The position numbers were made by a program, and so were the translations under genes. A DNA stretch of 64,000 nt from Octopus sinensis. Its lineage: Eukaryota. Below, in pieces: positions 25,866 through 39,318 of this stretch (position 1 is its first letter; each line of letters opens with the position of its first letter). The stretch lies in assembly GCF_006345805.1 (NCBI RefSeq), contig NC_043002.1, positions 57,722,001-57,786,000 of the forward strand, in the 5' to 3' direction. The notes beneath the pieces were generated by a model. The model made no database searches. It worked only from the letters and a program-made list of their open reading frames with translations, and was not told the DNA's origin.

Positions 25866-26150
25866 GTAGGCGCGTGGCTTAGTGGTCAAGGGACTCACGA
25901 TTGTTAAGTCGTGAGTCGGATTCTGGGCGGTACATTGCGTCCTTGAGCAAAAATAAGTTGTACCTGTAATTCCAAAGGAGCCACCCTTGTCACATTCGGT
26001 GTCATGCAGGAATCTCCATGAGAACTACGTTAACGTTATGCGTGTCTGTGGAGTACTCAGCCACTTGTACGCTAATTTCAGATGCAGGATGTTACTTTGA
26101 TTGGATCAACTAGATTCTGGAATACTCGTCGTCGCAACCGACGGTGTACC
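25866..26150 (+). mobile_element. tRNA-derived SINE
   Basis: ggcgcgtggcttagtggt head; 3' module matches 26206-26390 in the opposite orientation. Confidence 0.7.
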
Positions 26151-26205
26151 ACTTCCTCCAACTAATTTAGATCATTACCAGAAGCATCAATAGTAGTAGC
26201 GTAGT

Positions 26206-26571
26206 TGCCGTGGCACGACGACGAGGGTCCCAGTTGATCTGATCAACGGAACAGCCGGCACATGAAATGAACTTGCAAGTGGCTGAGCACACCACAGACA
26301 CGTGTTCCCTTAACATAATTCTCGAGGAGATTCAGCGTGACACAGAATGTGACAAGGCTGGCCCTTTAAAATACAGTTACAACAGAAACAGGAAGAAAGA
26401 GTGAGAGAAAGTTGTGATGAAAGAGTATAGCAGGGTTCACCACCCCACTGCCGGAGCCTCGTGTAGCTTTAGGAGTTTTCGCGCAAAAAACACTCACAAC
26501 GGTTTGGAAATCGAAACCGCGATCTTACGACCGCGAGTCCGCTGCCTTAACCACTGGGCCATTGCGCCTCC
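26206..26571 (-). mobile_element. Full-length tRNA-derived SINE with 11-bp TSD
   Basis: Head ggaggcgcaatggcccagtggttaagg..gtttcgatttcc; agtagcgtagt duplicated at 26195-26205 and 26572-26582. Confidence 0.9.
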
Positions 26572-27157
26572 AGTAGCGTAGTAGTAAAAGCAGGATAGAA
26601 TGAATAAAACGAGCGTCCCGTCAGGTTTTTGCACTTCACTAAAATTCTTACAAGGTTCTACGTGCAGTCTTATTCTATTCTGCTTTTTCCTTTCTCAAGT
26701 CCTTTGTAAAAATTTTGTTTATACTTCTTGCACTAAAGACTACAGTGGTATGTAATTAATTTAATTTAATCTAATTAATTTAATTAATTTTATTCTACCA
26801 TGAATTTGCATGATTTTTATATCGCTGTACGATACGACAGACTGCATGAATTAAAATTCTCATATATATTCTGACATCTCCATTTTTATCAAAATTGTTG
26901 AGATTTATGAGATTTCATGCCATAAATTCACAACACACCATATACAAGTACTGTTTTCTTATTTGTAATTTCACGCCAATAAGCTAGCATCAAAATATGA
27001 AGAATCTATATTAGGAATCTTGTTTTGGAAACTTCCAAATTAAAGGACGAAACAAATTCAACCTTTTTACACACACACACACGTGCACACACACACGCGT
27101 GCACACACACACACGCGTGCACACACACACACACACGCTCACACACACACACACGCT

Positions 27158-27206
<49 letters not shown>

Positions 27207-27208
<2 letters not shown>

Positions 27209-27370
27209 GACGGGTTTCTTTTCAGTTTCCATCTACCAAATCTAGTCACAAGGCATTGGTTGGCCCGTGGCTATAGAAGAAGACACTCGTCCAAGGTGAA
27301 ACGCAGTGGGACTGTACCCAGAACCATGTGGTTGTGAAGCAAACTTCCTACCACGCAGCCACGCCTGCAC
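27207..27370 (-). mobile_element. SINE family A 5' half
   Basis: Ends at microsatellite 27070-27205. Confidence 0.75.
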
Positions 27371-27534
27371 TTAGAAACAATAGAAAATATCAAGACGTGT
27401 GAGTATGAAACAATGGTTTATTTTATAATGGTATATTTTACGTTAATTAAATGAAGTAGTAAGAAACCTGTTTAAAGGCCCCAATTTAAATGATAATTGT
27501 ATTTATCATTTAAGAATATATAGCATTTAAAAAA

Positions 27535-28260
27535 AAAGCAGCGAGCTGGCAGAAACGTTAGCACGCCGGGCGAAATGCTTAGTGGTATTTCGTCTGCCGT
27601 TACGTTCTAAGTTCAAATTCAACCGAGGTCGACTTTGCCTTTCATCCTTTCGGCGTCGATGTAATCGACTTAATCCGTTTGTCTCTCCTTATTTGTCCTC
27701 TCTGTGTTTAGCCCCTTGTAGGTAGTAAAGAAATAGTTAATATTTCCGCCTCTACGTTCTGAATTTAAATTTCACCGTAGTAAACTTGGCCTTTCGTCCT
27801 GTCGGGGTCGATTAAATAAGTACCTGTTGGACACCAGGGTCAATGTAATTGACGTATCACCTCCCTATGAAATTGCTGGCCTTGTCCCAAAATTTGAAAA
27901 CAATATTATCATTGTTATTTTTAAAAAGTTGGAAAAGGCGGCGAGCTGGTTGAGTTGTTAGCGACATTTTGTCCGTCTTTACGTTCTCAGTTCAAATTCC
28001 TCCCACGCCAACTTTGCCTTTCATCCTTCCCAGTAGCAGCTGAGCACCCTTACCCGAAATTGCTGGCTTTGTGCCAAAATTTGAAACCATTATTAAAAAG
28101 GTGGTGAGCAGGTAAAATGATTAGCACGTGAGGCAAAATCGTGGATGGCATTTCATCCCGCATTGCGTCATGAATTGCATTTTCGCCAGAGTCAACTTTG
28201 CTCTCCATCATGTTGATGTCGATAAAATATGTAAGTCCAGACCTTGTACAGATGTTACGA
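27535..28260. mobile_element. Cluster of SINE family B copies and fragments
   Basis: gcgagctggcagaaacgttagcacgccgggcgaaatgc head at 27541; repeated gttcaaatt..tttgcctttcatcc cores. Confidence 0.7.
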
Positions 28261-28895
28261 ATTACAAACAATTATGTAGATTTTAAAGCTTCTTAAGGCG
28301 AAGTCAAGTCTAATAGGAATGGAAATTAGATTCGATGTTTACTCGACTTTGAACCGGTAAAGTATCCTGCAGGATATTTGAGACCGTTGTCTCTGCAGTG
28401 TTGCTTCTTTTATCATCGGAGCCGATAGTAACACGACCAAAACCATCGTCTACGCTATGCTTGTACTATTAGCTGCAATTATTATGTATTAGTCGAAGCA
28501 AATTAGATTAATCATATTTACATATATCAGCCGTGTACGTGTAGCAGATGCTAAATAAAGCTGACGACTGGCCGCTTTTTATCAGGAAGATGATGTTCAA
28601 GAGGAAATCAATGATGTTATTTTATTGTTCACGTTACTGCTATTGTTGTTGTTGATGTTGTTGTTGTTATTGATATTCATGGCACCGTTTTGTTTATTGT
28701 CGTTATTGTATTTATAATCGTTATTAGAATAATTTAATAAGCGAAATGTTAAAAAAGCGTAAATTATATGAGATACATAATGCCAAATCACTCACGTACG
28801 CAAACGCATACACACATACACACACGCTAGACGCACATTCACTAGCGTGTGTGTGTATTTATATATATATATATATGTATATAAATTCATATACC

Positions 28896-28950
<55 letters not shown>

Positions 28951-29869
28951 ACACTCAACTCACAAACATATATATAAGGGGGAACTTGAAATTTCATGTC
29001 AGCAATCCATAAATTAATTGGAAATTCATCGAAATACTGTGAAATAAAATTGAATTATACACATGCATGAAAATATTATTTCCAAATCATATGTTTAGAT
29101 CGATTTCTTATTAAAACAACTGCCTTGCCTTTTAGATTTATAAATAGCAATAGTGACCAGAGAGTGGATATTAAACTGTGCCTATGAAGAGATTTGAAAT
29201 AGTCAATTGGAGATGTTACTTGAAAAGATATCCAAGGAGTTGAACGCTTAAATCGTATCAAGGACAGTGGAAAACGTTTTAGATCAACACATTTGAGTTC
29301 ACTTCGATGTAAGGCTTGCTAGATCAGAAGGATATGTCACTGTCAGTAAAGAGAGCACTCTGACGCTGATATATATTTCGTTAGCTTCAATTTGCAGCGT
29401 GAATCTCGAAAGTATGACTTGGGTAGATGGATGGGCTACACCAGAAATATTTGTTCTAAATGTAATAAATGAATATGTGGTCTTCAATCATGTCCCACCA
29501 CCACGAAGGTTGATTTTGCCGACATTTCTACAGTCTAATAAAGTTAGGAATGCCACACGTCTCTGATGATTTGAAATCAGGTCATTATTATGTAATTTAC
29601 ATTATATGATTCATAATTACATTTTGTTAATGAAATGTACGTAAGATGCTGTAACTAAATACCGTATAAACAATGTCACGTAGATTCTTTTATTTTCCCT
29701 ATTTACTCTCTAAAGCCTCAAATCTTAAGATTCATATAAAAAAAAACACAAATGCAATAATAAGCACCGGAATACACAGAAAATTCTAAAAACTTCTTTT
29801 TTTTATTACAGTGCACTTTATAGTTTGGACTGTGCAAAATAAATACACACACACATAATACATACATAC

Positions 29870-29947
<78 letters not shown>

Positions 29948-30153
29948 GTGAAATAGAAAGATGAATAATCTTGTAGTAGATTAATCAAAAGTTTAACCGA
30001 TACCTTAGTAGCAAAAATCACAGCAGTGAACAGCACGGTTGGAGGTACAAATCTGGCGTTGCAACCGTGCGTTGGTGCGGATAATTGAAATTAAAACATT
30101 ATTGGTGAATTGAAGAAATGGAGCTGAACGCAGATTGAACAGAAATCGTTTTA

Positions 30154-30241
30154 TTTCATTCTACACGTGTTTCGAAAGGCACAAATTACCAAAATCCGAT
30201 TGAATAATGGACCATATGTGTCTTTCTCTTCAGGAAGAAAA
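30154..30241 (-). ncRNA. Hammerhead ribozyme, intact core
   Basis: tttcttc-CTGAAGA-gaaag acaca..tgtgc ctttc-GAAAC-acgt-GTA^gaatgaaa. Confidence 0.8.
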
Positions 30242-30851
30242 AAGGAAATCCGTTGGAAAAACAAAAACAGAACAGAGGCAGAGCAAAAAACAAATCGAAC
30301 TGTGCTCCTAAGAGCCCATGGCGAAACTGTTTATCAGTGTATGTTGAGAAACCGTTGGCTGAAGAATTCACAGGTCAGGCATCGGTCAAACATGTGGTGT
30401 GAGGTGTATAGATGTTCTTTGTGACCGAGAATAAAGTTCTGACTATTTAAAGAATATTGGATGTTTTATAGGGGCGAGAAAAAATCTACTTAGAGACGTG
30501 TGTGTGTGTATACTGTTCTATATATGTGTGTGTTGGCGTAGGGGTAGAAAACATTTTTTGTGTACGTGTGTGCGTTTGATCGTTCGGCTGTCAGTGGCTA
30601 CTGCCGTGATAACCGTGGGTGGCAGAAAGAAAAAAAATAAAGAAATTATATATAATATTTTATGTTTTATGTGTGTGTGGTGTGTGTGTTCATCTAAGCC
30701 TACCTTGACAAGGAAACCCCCCGCTGTGAAAAAACAAGCCCCGTTTGTCCTACAGGAGTAATTTCCCTTGCAGTGGTTAATTGTAGATATCTTAAAATCT
30801 ATTTTAGAATTTGTTACCAAGGGCTATGGGTGCCGGTCTTATTTATAAACG

Positions 30852-31885
30852 CTATTTAAAGGCCAGATAAGTGTAACGCCGCCAATGGGGGCATCGAAAA
30901 GCCGACTGTAAGAGCCCGTTTACCATCCGGCCTCTGGCAAACAAAATATGGAAGAGTTCGGAGACACAAAGGTTGCACTGTCTTCTGCCCCTATCAAATG
31001 GGAGGGCCACCGACAAAATTGACCATTCCAGCCTATAGCTTAAGTTCGCATCCTTCAGTCGCCATATTAGCTTACTGAGTCCCGTGGTCTGGCGCTTGTT
31101 CACGTCCCGAAAAGTTGCGTAATGGTTGGAGACACGCAAAGACAATCTTGAGGATGATGCCCCTATATAAGTGGAGGCATCTGAGTCCGTGTAAACCTTG
31201 CATTGGTAGACGGCGTTTTTGATCTTGGAGTTCGCCGACGTGAATCTTACTCTGCTAGGATTGGTTTCTGAAATTAGAACTGCGTTCCTGTCACTATATT
31301 CGTTCCGAGACCTGCAGCCGCTTACTACTCTATTTTCCACTACGTCACTATTAACTATAGGAATAACCCCTGATTCTCCACTATCTATCAGAGTGCTGTC
31401 ATTGCTACTGCCCGTGGTACTGCTATTGCGGGAAATGATGCTGGGGATGCTAAAGGGGCTCTCTACCCTACTCCCATTGTTACCATCAACACAAACCCCT
31501 ATTTATAACTATACCCCTAGTGGGTACTCCCTGCTGGAGCTGAGATTAGTGTCACTGTACTGGCTCTCATATCATTATTACTACTATAATTATTCCTACT
31601 GAGCATTAAACCGGGAGCGGAAGAGGCTGTGCCTCCGGAAAAAGGTGATAGGGTCTTAGTAAGTAGCCTATTATTATGGAGGCGATTATCTGGGCGGGTT
31701 TTTAGTTTTGTTGGAGAAGCTATCCTAACTTTATGTGAGTTAACCGTGGAGTAATATTTGGAATTTCTGGGGAAGTTATTGGCGATGGCTTGTCTAAACA
31801 TGAGGGGGAGGTTAGTTCTAATTGCTTACCAAAGGGGATTACAAACCATATATGCTTATTCCTATCAGTGTGATGGGTCGGGACG
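30852..31885 (-). pseudogene. PLE linker plus GIY-YIG endonuclease remnant
   Basis: KHIWFVIPFGKQ; IANNFPRNSKYYSTVN..HNNRLL; KNAVYQCKV..TYIGASS..RVSNHYATF..TGLSKLIWRLKD..EWSIL..PF..CNLCVSE..CPH. Confidence 0.9.
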
Positions 31886-31947
31886 CCAACAGTTCGATTT
31901 GTTTTGCTCTGCCTCTGTTCTGTTTTGTTTTTCCAACGGATTTCCTT

Positions 31948-32037
31948 TTTTCTTCCTGAAGAGAAAGACACAATATGGTCCCATTATTCAATCGGATTTT
32001 GGTAATTTGTGCCTTTCGAAACACGTGTAGAATGAAA
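31948..32037 (+). ncRNA. Hammerhead ribozyme, intact core
   Basis: CTGAAGA 31956-31962; gaaag/ctttc and cacaa/ttgtg stem II; GAAAC-acgt-GTA (palindrome acacgtgt); predicted cut after 32029. Confidence 0.8.
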
Positions 32038-32095
32038 TAAAACGATTCTGTTCAATCTGCGTTCAGCTCCATTTCTTCAATTCACCAATAATGTT

Positions 32096-32131
<36 letters not shown>

Positions 32132-32158
32132 AGATGTATATATAAATGTATATATATA

Positions 32159-33382
32159 GGGAAACACCTAGCATCATAATTTGGAAATATCTATAAAACC
32201 GTCAAAAGCTTGTTTATTTTTATTGGTTTATTATTAGTGTTCCTTAATATGTTTTGCTACGCTTGCTGTTTCTTTTTAGATATCATCAGTTAAAGGTAAT
32301 TAAAATTCATTAAAATGACAGCTCTATCGGGCTTTCAAAGAAGTCAAATTGTTGGTGCTCGTATACCAGGCAATAGCGTAACGAGAACAGCCGAAATGTT
32401 TGGTGTATCATGAAGTACTGTCTCGAAAGAAATGACAGCCTTTGAGAAAGAGGGAAAAATCGCCTCGTCGAAACAAAACTCCACAAGAAAACAAAAAATT
32501 GGACTCTTATGCAAATTGTTAGAAAGGATCACAAAAATACAGCTCCCAAAGTTACCGCAGAGCTTAATGACTACCTTGAGAATCCAGTTTCCAAAAAAAT
32601 TGTTCGCCGGAAGCTGCACAAAGCCGGATTTCACGGGCGGGCTCCAATCAGAAAACCATTGCTTTCAAAAACAAACGTTGCAAAGCGTTTAGAGTGGAGT
32701 AAAAACCTACAAAACTGGTCCCTAAAGCAGTGGAAGAATGTAATTTTCTCTGACGAGTAGTACTTTACTTTATTTCCGATCACCGGCCGAGTAAACGTGT
32801 AGAGATAGCCGAAAGAAGCATTTGAACCAGATTGCATTCTTTGAATTGTAAAACATGGAAGAAGATCTGTGATGGTCTGCGGGGCTATATCTTGGAATTC
32901 CGCCAGCCCAATGGTTTCCCTTTATGGCAGAATTAATAGTCAAGACTATTTAAGCATTTTATCTGATCAAATTAATCCTATGGTGGCGAAACTGTTTCCG
33001 GAGAGAAACGCAGTCTTTCAGGATGATAATGCATCAATTCACACAGCTAAAGTTGTTACTGAATGGCACGAGGAAAATTCTAGTGAAGCTGAACAACGTA
33101 TCAGCCCATCACAGTCCCCGGATCTCAATATTATTGAACATTAATGGGGTATTTTAGAAAAACAAATAAGGAGTCGATATCCTCCACCATCATCACTACA
33201 AGAACTGGAGACTGTTTTAGCTGAAGAATGGACAGAAATTCCTTTGGAAACAATTCAAAGTTTGTACGAGTCCATACCTCGTAGAATACAAGGTGTAATT
33301 ACTGTCAAAGGCGGTCCTACCCCATATTAAAATAATTTTGTTTGAAATTTTAATGTGTTTCCATTATTTTGTCCAACCCCTG
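32159..33382 (+). mobile_element. Tc1-family DNA transposon, left TIR truncated
   Basis: Right end gtgtttccattattttgtccaacccctg followed by TA; left end retains only ggaaacac; inserted in (TA)n. Confidence 0.9.
32315..33330 (+). pseudogene. Tc1 transposase pseudogene, DD36E spacing
   Basis: MTALSGFQRSQIVGAR..KPLLS..RLEW..VIFSDE..VMVCGAISW..FQDDNASIH..SPDLNIIEH..SIPRRIQGVITVKGGPTPY; several stops and one frameshift. Confidence 0.92.
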
Positions 33383-33578
33383 TATATATATATAAACATG
33401 AGCTTGTTATGTAGAGTTAAAGATTCAAGATTAGATTTATGAATTCTGAATACATTTTAGTACAGAACCATGATTATCTATTTTTACAAAGAAAATGAAG
33501 CGACAGACTAGCGACAGCTTGAAAACCGACACTTTGTAGATACTATCAATCTTTACCTTTAAAAAATGAATATATACA

Positions 33579-33610
<32 letters not shown>

Positions 33611-33809
33611 TAATATATATATATATAATATATATATATATACATACATACATATATGTATGTATGTATGTATGTATGAACAGGTGTGTGTGAGCGCGCG
33701 GGTGTTTATTTACGGCCTGAACTAATTAACTGGTAAATTAAGAAAAATGTTTTCCTCATAATTCGCGTAGTCTTGACATTGAATTTCTTAAGTTACGGTT
33801 AATCATTTG

Positions 33810-34180
33810 TACTTATTTCGCCGGGCGAAATGCTTAGCAGTATTTCGTCTGCCGTTACGTTCTGAGTTCAAATTCCGCCGAGGTCGACTTTGCCTTTCAT
33901 CCTTTCGGGGTCGATAAATTAAGTACCAGTTACGCACTGGGGTCGATATAATCAACTTAATCCCTTTGTTTGTCCTTGTTTGTTCTTTCTGTGTTTAGCT
34001 CCTTGTGGGTAGTAAAGAAATATGTATTTCTTCTGTCTTGACGTTCTGAGTTCAAATTCCTCCGAGATCGACATTGCCTTTCATCCTTTCGGGGTCTATA
34101 AATTAAGTACCAGTTGCATACTGGGGTAGATCTAATCGACTTACTCACTCCCACAAAAATTTCCGGCCTTGTACCTAGAG
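33810..34180 (+). mobile_element. Two tandem SINE family B copies
   Basis: gttctgagttcaaattcc..gcctttcatcctttcggggtc twice. Confidence 0.8.
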
Positions 34181-35679
34181 TAAAAAAGAATATAAAGTGA
34201 ATTCTGTGAACATATGAATGGGTGAGTCAGTGTATACTTATATATATTTTCTACTATTTTAAAATACTGAACAAAACCTGCCTTTGTAATTTCTGTGTGT
34301 CAAAGTGTCGTATCAACAAAAATCTATAAAAGTTAATTGCCCCCAAATACTGCAATTCTTTCTTCCAACTCTGCCAATGCTACTTTATAGGAGAAAACAT
34401 TGTTTTGCAAAGTTGAATTTTGAAATTTATGAAGATAACAAAACAGAAAAGTTTCCAGAAGTTTATCTTTTATCCTTGAGGACCAAGTTAAGATTAAATT
34501 TTACAAAGAGAAATTGAATAACAGGGCTGTTCTGATTTGCTTTATAAAACAAAACATTGCCCTTTTAAGATCGATACTATTTGATTCATAGTATTGATCA
34601 GGCTTGATTCGTTTTGATTAGGCTGTTTAAATTGATTTTTTTTTCTACTTGATTCCTTACGCAACGTAGTAAACAAACCAAAGTGTTGTATTTAGCATAT
34701 GTTACACATATATGGCTGATATAAGTAAATGTATACAATAATATTAACATTACAATGAGGTAAAGTCTTCGGAGATTACCTTATGTAAGTCTTATTTCTC
34801 CAAGATCATTTACGAAATTTTTAGTTAATGTCTGTCTGAAATCGAATGTATTTACTACTATATATAGTTTCGGAAGGACTAGGGAAATAGCCACAAATTA
34901 AAAAGATCTGTGGAAAGAAATAACTGCCACATCATCCCCCAATCACGTCATAGCACACAATGTTGAATGGATTGTGAGAGGGACATGTTGAATGGATTGT
35001 GTCATTAATAAATGCATTGGGTCTGAACGTTCATTTGAAAAGGACTGGCAGACAATATAGAAACCACTGTTGTAAGGAATAACAATTCCATGAAATTAAG
35101 AACGCTGCAATTTACGACAACATGGTCGACTGGTGCTATTGGTGGTACGTTATCTGGTGAAAATGGTATCGTGTGATAAATTGCGTATAGTACATCGGGG
35201 TATCTGCGGAGTAATTCATCAACAACAATTAGACAATATCATTGAATTCTAGATAATAATGCTCGGGCAACAGAACGTGAATATCATAATATTAATTAAA
35301 TTTTATCCCCCTGCTAATTACCTTAATTGCAATTCATACAGCTGTTATCTATTTTTCATCCTCCATTTTATAGTTTTTTCGTTATATTTGCTTTTTTATA
35401 CTTGTATTTTTATGTTTATTTAACTTTTTTTATATATGTCTCTTACGAATTGAATGAGTCTTTTGTATATCTTTATTTTTTATATTTTAGGAAAAAGATA
35501 ATCGAAGAAAAACACAAAGGAATACAATTAATTTTCTCGAGTGATAAATGTAATTAACGAAACGTAAATTTTAACTGAACGTGAATCTAATAAATCAGGT
35601 TAGTTCAATGATGAAAGTTAACCAAACATATTGATGTTGTTGGTGTTGCTGATTGATTGATTATCTGTGTATATGCACG

Positions 35680-35722
<43 letters not shown>

Positions 35723-35879
35723 ACACATGTATATATCTCATTATATAAATACACATATATGTCCATACGTTATATACATATAATACATAAATATATTTAT
35801 ATGCAAACATATGTATGTATACATTTATATATCCAAGAATTTAATTTCTTTACTCATCGCTTCTTTTATGGTGATGCCG

Positions 35880-36742
35880 TTGATGACTCTTGAGACCAGT
35901 TCTTGCATGGAAGAATTGATACCATTGACTACATGGCAATATTGGTGGAGGACGAAGTTGATTTTGTCGAGCCTTTCTCTCCTGTTGTTTGTTTTCTTCT
36001 TTTTCTCTTCTGGTGATTTCTACATTTTTGGTTCCTATAGTGATGGAACACCGTCACTTGAACTGTCTCGATTTGGGTTTCAAACCATTTAGGCTCAAGG
36101 CCACTGGCTTTCAATTGGTCCTTGAGTTTTCGACGGGGGCAACCCCGTGGTCTTTTCCCTGAAGTGAGCTCACTGAATAAAACTTGGTGTGGGAACCTTG
36201 ACTATTCCATTCTTGCAACGTGTCCTAACTATCGAAGACGCTGTTTTAGGATCAGGGACACGATACTTTGACTGTTGGCTCTTTCCATGACATTTATGCT
36301 GGTAACATAGTGTCCCCATTTGATGTTCAGGATACAAAGTCCAGGTTTTGCAGCCATACAGCAAGGTTAAATTAACAACAGCATTATGGACCATAATCTT
36401 TGCTGTTAAGTTCAGATCTTTGCTGTGGAAGACGCTTTTCATTAGTGTTCCAAATGCCCCGTACGCAGCTCCAATTCTGTGTTCCATGTCCTTTTCTGAG
36501 GTGCACTTCTTTAATAAAAAGCTGTCTAGATGTAGCAAACTCTCAACTTGTTCGAGGGTTGTATCAGAATTGGTACTATCAAAATCTGCCAAGATGGTAT
36601 TTTGAGCTGACTGCGCAGAGATCTTGGTTTTCTTTGTGTTTGTTGCAAGACCAAAGCAACGGTAGGCCATAGCGAAGTTGTCCACAGACTGTTGGAGTTC
36701 TTCTTTTGAATGACAAAGGGCAGCGTTGTCATCAGCATGTTG
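35880..36742 (-). pseudogene. RTE-clade LINE reverse transcriptase 3' fragment
   Basis: QHADDNAAL..GLATNTKKTK..LEQVE..RIGAAYGAFGTL..KIMVHNAVV..TLLYGCKTWTLY; downstream GELHSGKRPRGCP..KDQLK-like segment. Confidence 0.88.
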
Positions 36743-36746
36743 AATT

Positions 36747-36791
<45 letters not shown>

Positions 36792-36927
36792 GTGTGTGTG
36801 TGTGTGTCTGTGTGTGTGTATGTGTATCTGCGTGTGTATGTGTGTTTATATTCACATATATTTATATATGTATGATCGTATATACGTATGTATGCATGTA
36901 TGTATGTACCTATGTATATATATTATA

Positions 36928-36965
<38 letters not shown>

Positions 36966-37021
36966 GTCTACACTCACTCACCTCACAAACACACACACAC
37001 ATACACACACACACTCATAAT

Positions 37022-37200
37022 TGAAGGCACGTGGCCTAGTAGTTAGAGTGTTATACTCACGATCGCAAGACCTTGGCTTCGATTTCCAGGATGGGCGGTG
37101 TGTAGTGTTCCTGAGCAAAACACTTCTTTTCATGTTTCTCGGCGATCACTTCAGAATCTGACATCTCACACCGTGCAACCGTACAGGCAATGTTTCCTCG
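37022..37200 (+). mobile_element. tRNA-derived SINE, diverged
   Basis: gaaggcacgtggcctagtagttagagtg..ttcgattt..gtgttcctgagcaaaacac. Confidence 0.6.
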
Positions 37201-37412
37201 CCCAGCGTCCTGTATCCACAGTATATTAGGAGCTAAGTCTCTTGTACCACGTGACTAATATTTGTTAGTGTACAATCGTCGGAATGCGATGATTTGGACG
37301 CTGTTGTTTAGGCTCTGATGATTTGAGACATTTGACTGGGTATTAATCCTGTTTTTGTGCTTGTGGCAGACATATACACACGCACGCGCAGAGCATACAA
37401 ATACCAAGATAT

Positions 37413-37416
<4 letters not shown>

Positions 37417-37488
<72 letters not shown>

Positions 37489-37602
37489 GCATATATAGAC
37501 ATAGATAGATAAATAGGTAGATAGATTGATAGATAGATAGATAAATAGGTAAATAGATATGTAGATAGATAAATAAATAAATATAGATAGAAAAAGAGAT
37601 AG

Positions 37603-37670
<68 letters not shown>

Positions 37671-37692
37671 GGATAGGTAAATAGATAGATAA

Positions 37693-37737
<45 letters not shown>

Positions 37738-37863
37738 GAGATAGATAGATAGATAAGGTGAGAGAAGGAGGTGGGGAGGGGCATCACAATTTCTTTATTG
37801 AATACGGTGGACATAAACACTTCCTTTCTATTCATGCGTGTGCAGAAATATGTTCACAAACAT

Positions 37864-37950
<87 letters not shown>
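37417..37950. repeat. Compound (GATA)n/(GA)n microsatellites
   Basis: Direct inspection. Confidence 0.9.
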
Positions 37951-37952
<2 letters not shown>

Positions 37953-38397
37953 AAGAGAGAAAGAGAGAGCGGGTGAGAGAGAAAGAGAGTAAGAGTAAGA
38001 GAGATAGAGTGAGGGAGAGAGAAAGAACGAGTGAAGCATTAAAACTTCTAATGCCAAATAAGTCAGTATGAAATAAGTGACACCAAATAAGCGGAGCCAC
38101 GACGGCTGTGCCAAAAGGTCTCATACCCTGTAATATATGCGTGGACAATAATTGATGGCATATAATTCAGACTGACAGGTAAAGCCTCTAATGCAGTATC
38201 AGAAACAATGATGGGAGAGAATATTTCGTGTATTTTAGCATTTAATGATTTTCTTCTTGATATCTGCAAATGGAATGCAGCAAGGACAGAAGCGTGAACA
38301 TACATACCACAAAGACACCAAGAAAGATATATTAATTATGGCATCTTGGACAAGTGTCTTCCACCATAGCCTTGTGAGACTACGGCAGTGGTACTGG

Positions 38398-38733
38398 ATA
38401 TTAACAGTTATCGCCAAGCTAATATGGCAGTCCATAAATATAGGACGAAAGCTGCCGTTGATTAGCTCCAAGAGGCCATCGCCTCTAGCTAGCTATGTGA
38501 CACACGAACCTGTGTCCATTATAACCTTCGAACAGGGGAGGTCAGCCGCTTCCTCTTGACCAGCCTGACCAGCAAGTGGAAGCAGCTGACCTCCCCTGTT
38601 CGAAAGTTATAATGGAGACAGGTTCGTGTGTCACATTGCTAGGTAGAGGCGATGGACTGTTGGAGCTAATCAACGGCAGCTTTTGCCCTATGTTTATGGA
38701 CTGCCATATTAGCTTGGCGATAACTGTTAATAT
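38398..38733. mobile_element. 336-bp near-perfect palindrome (foldback MITE-like)
   Basis: ~160-bp arms atattaacagttatcgccaagc..cttcctcttg / caagtggaag..gcttggcgataactgttaatat; ~14-nt loop. Confidence 0.85.
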
Positions 38734-38859
38734 ATATGTATATGTACATATATATATATATCACGTGACCGACCAGACCATCAGATGTTGCTACACATCG
38801 CTGGTCACAATGCGTTCGCATTGTTTTAGCCTGGCTAAGCGAGCAGGCCAACAGAAGAA

Positions 38860-39032
38860 AGAGAGAAAGAGTGGTGAAAGAGTACAGCAAGGATCACCAC
38901 CCCCTGCCGGAGCCTCGTGGAGCTTTTATATGTTTTCGCTCAATAAACACACACAACGCCCGGTCTGGGAATCGAAACCGCGATCCTAAGACTGCGAGTC
39001 CGCTGCCCTAATCACTGGGCCATTTCGCCTCC
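38860..39032 (-). mobile_element. tRNA-derived SINE, same family as 26206
   Basis: ggaggcgaaatggcccagtgattagggcagcggactcgc..gtttcgattccc. Confidence 0.8.
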
Positions 39033-39120
39033 ACACACACACACACACACACACCCACACATATACATATATATATATATGTATGTATATATAATATATA
39101 TATTATATATATATATTATA

Positions 39121-39180
<60 letters not shown>

Positions 39181-39186
39181 TATATA

Positions 39187-39281
39187 AAGTTAATCCAAAC
39201 ATAAAAACACAAAGAGAAAACACAACAACGCGAGAACGTGGACCACGTATAGTATTATTGGACGCTCAGGAAAGAAGAAAA

Positions 39282-39283
<2 letters not shown>
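39187..39283 (-). mobile_element. 3' half of the 15537-type pLTR
   Basis: Reverse complement cctgagcgtccaataatactat..cgcgttgttgtgtttt..tttggattaact. Confidence 0.75.

Positions 39284-39318
<35 letters not shown>

Larger units (their letters stand above)
29950..32096 (-). mobile_element. Strongly 5'-truncated PLE bounded by inverted ~210-bp pLTRs (endonuclease-only cargo)
   Basis: 30094-30303 is the reverse complement of 31889-32096; the left arm runs on to (TA)n at ~29945; the right arm ends directly at (TA)n. Confidence 0.9.

Noticed and set aside
29560-29590. CTGATGA-ttt-GAAA-tcag-GTC
   Set aside because: No room for stem II; simply a ctgat/atcag hairpin
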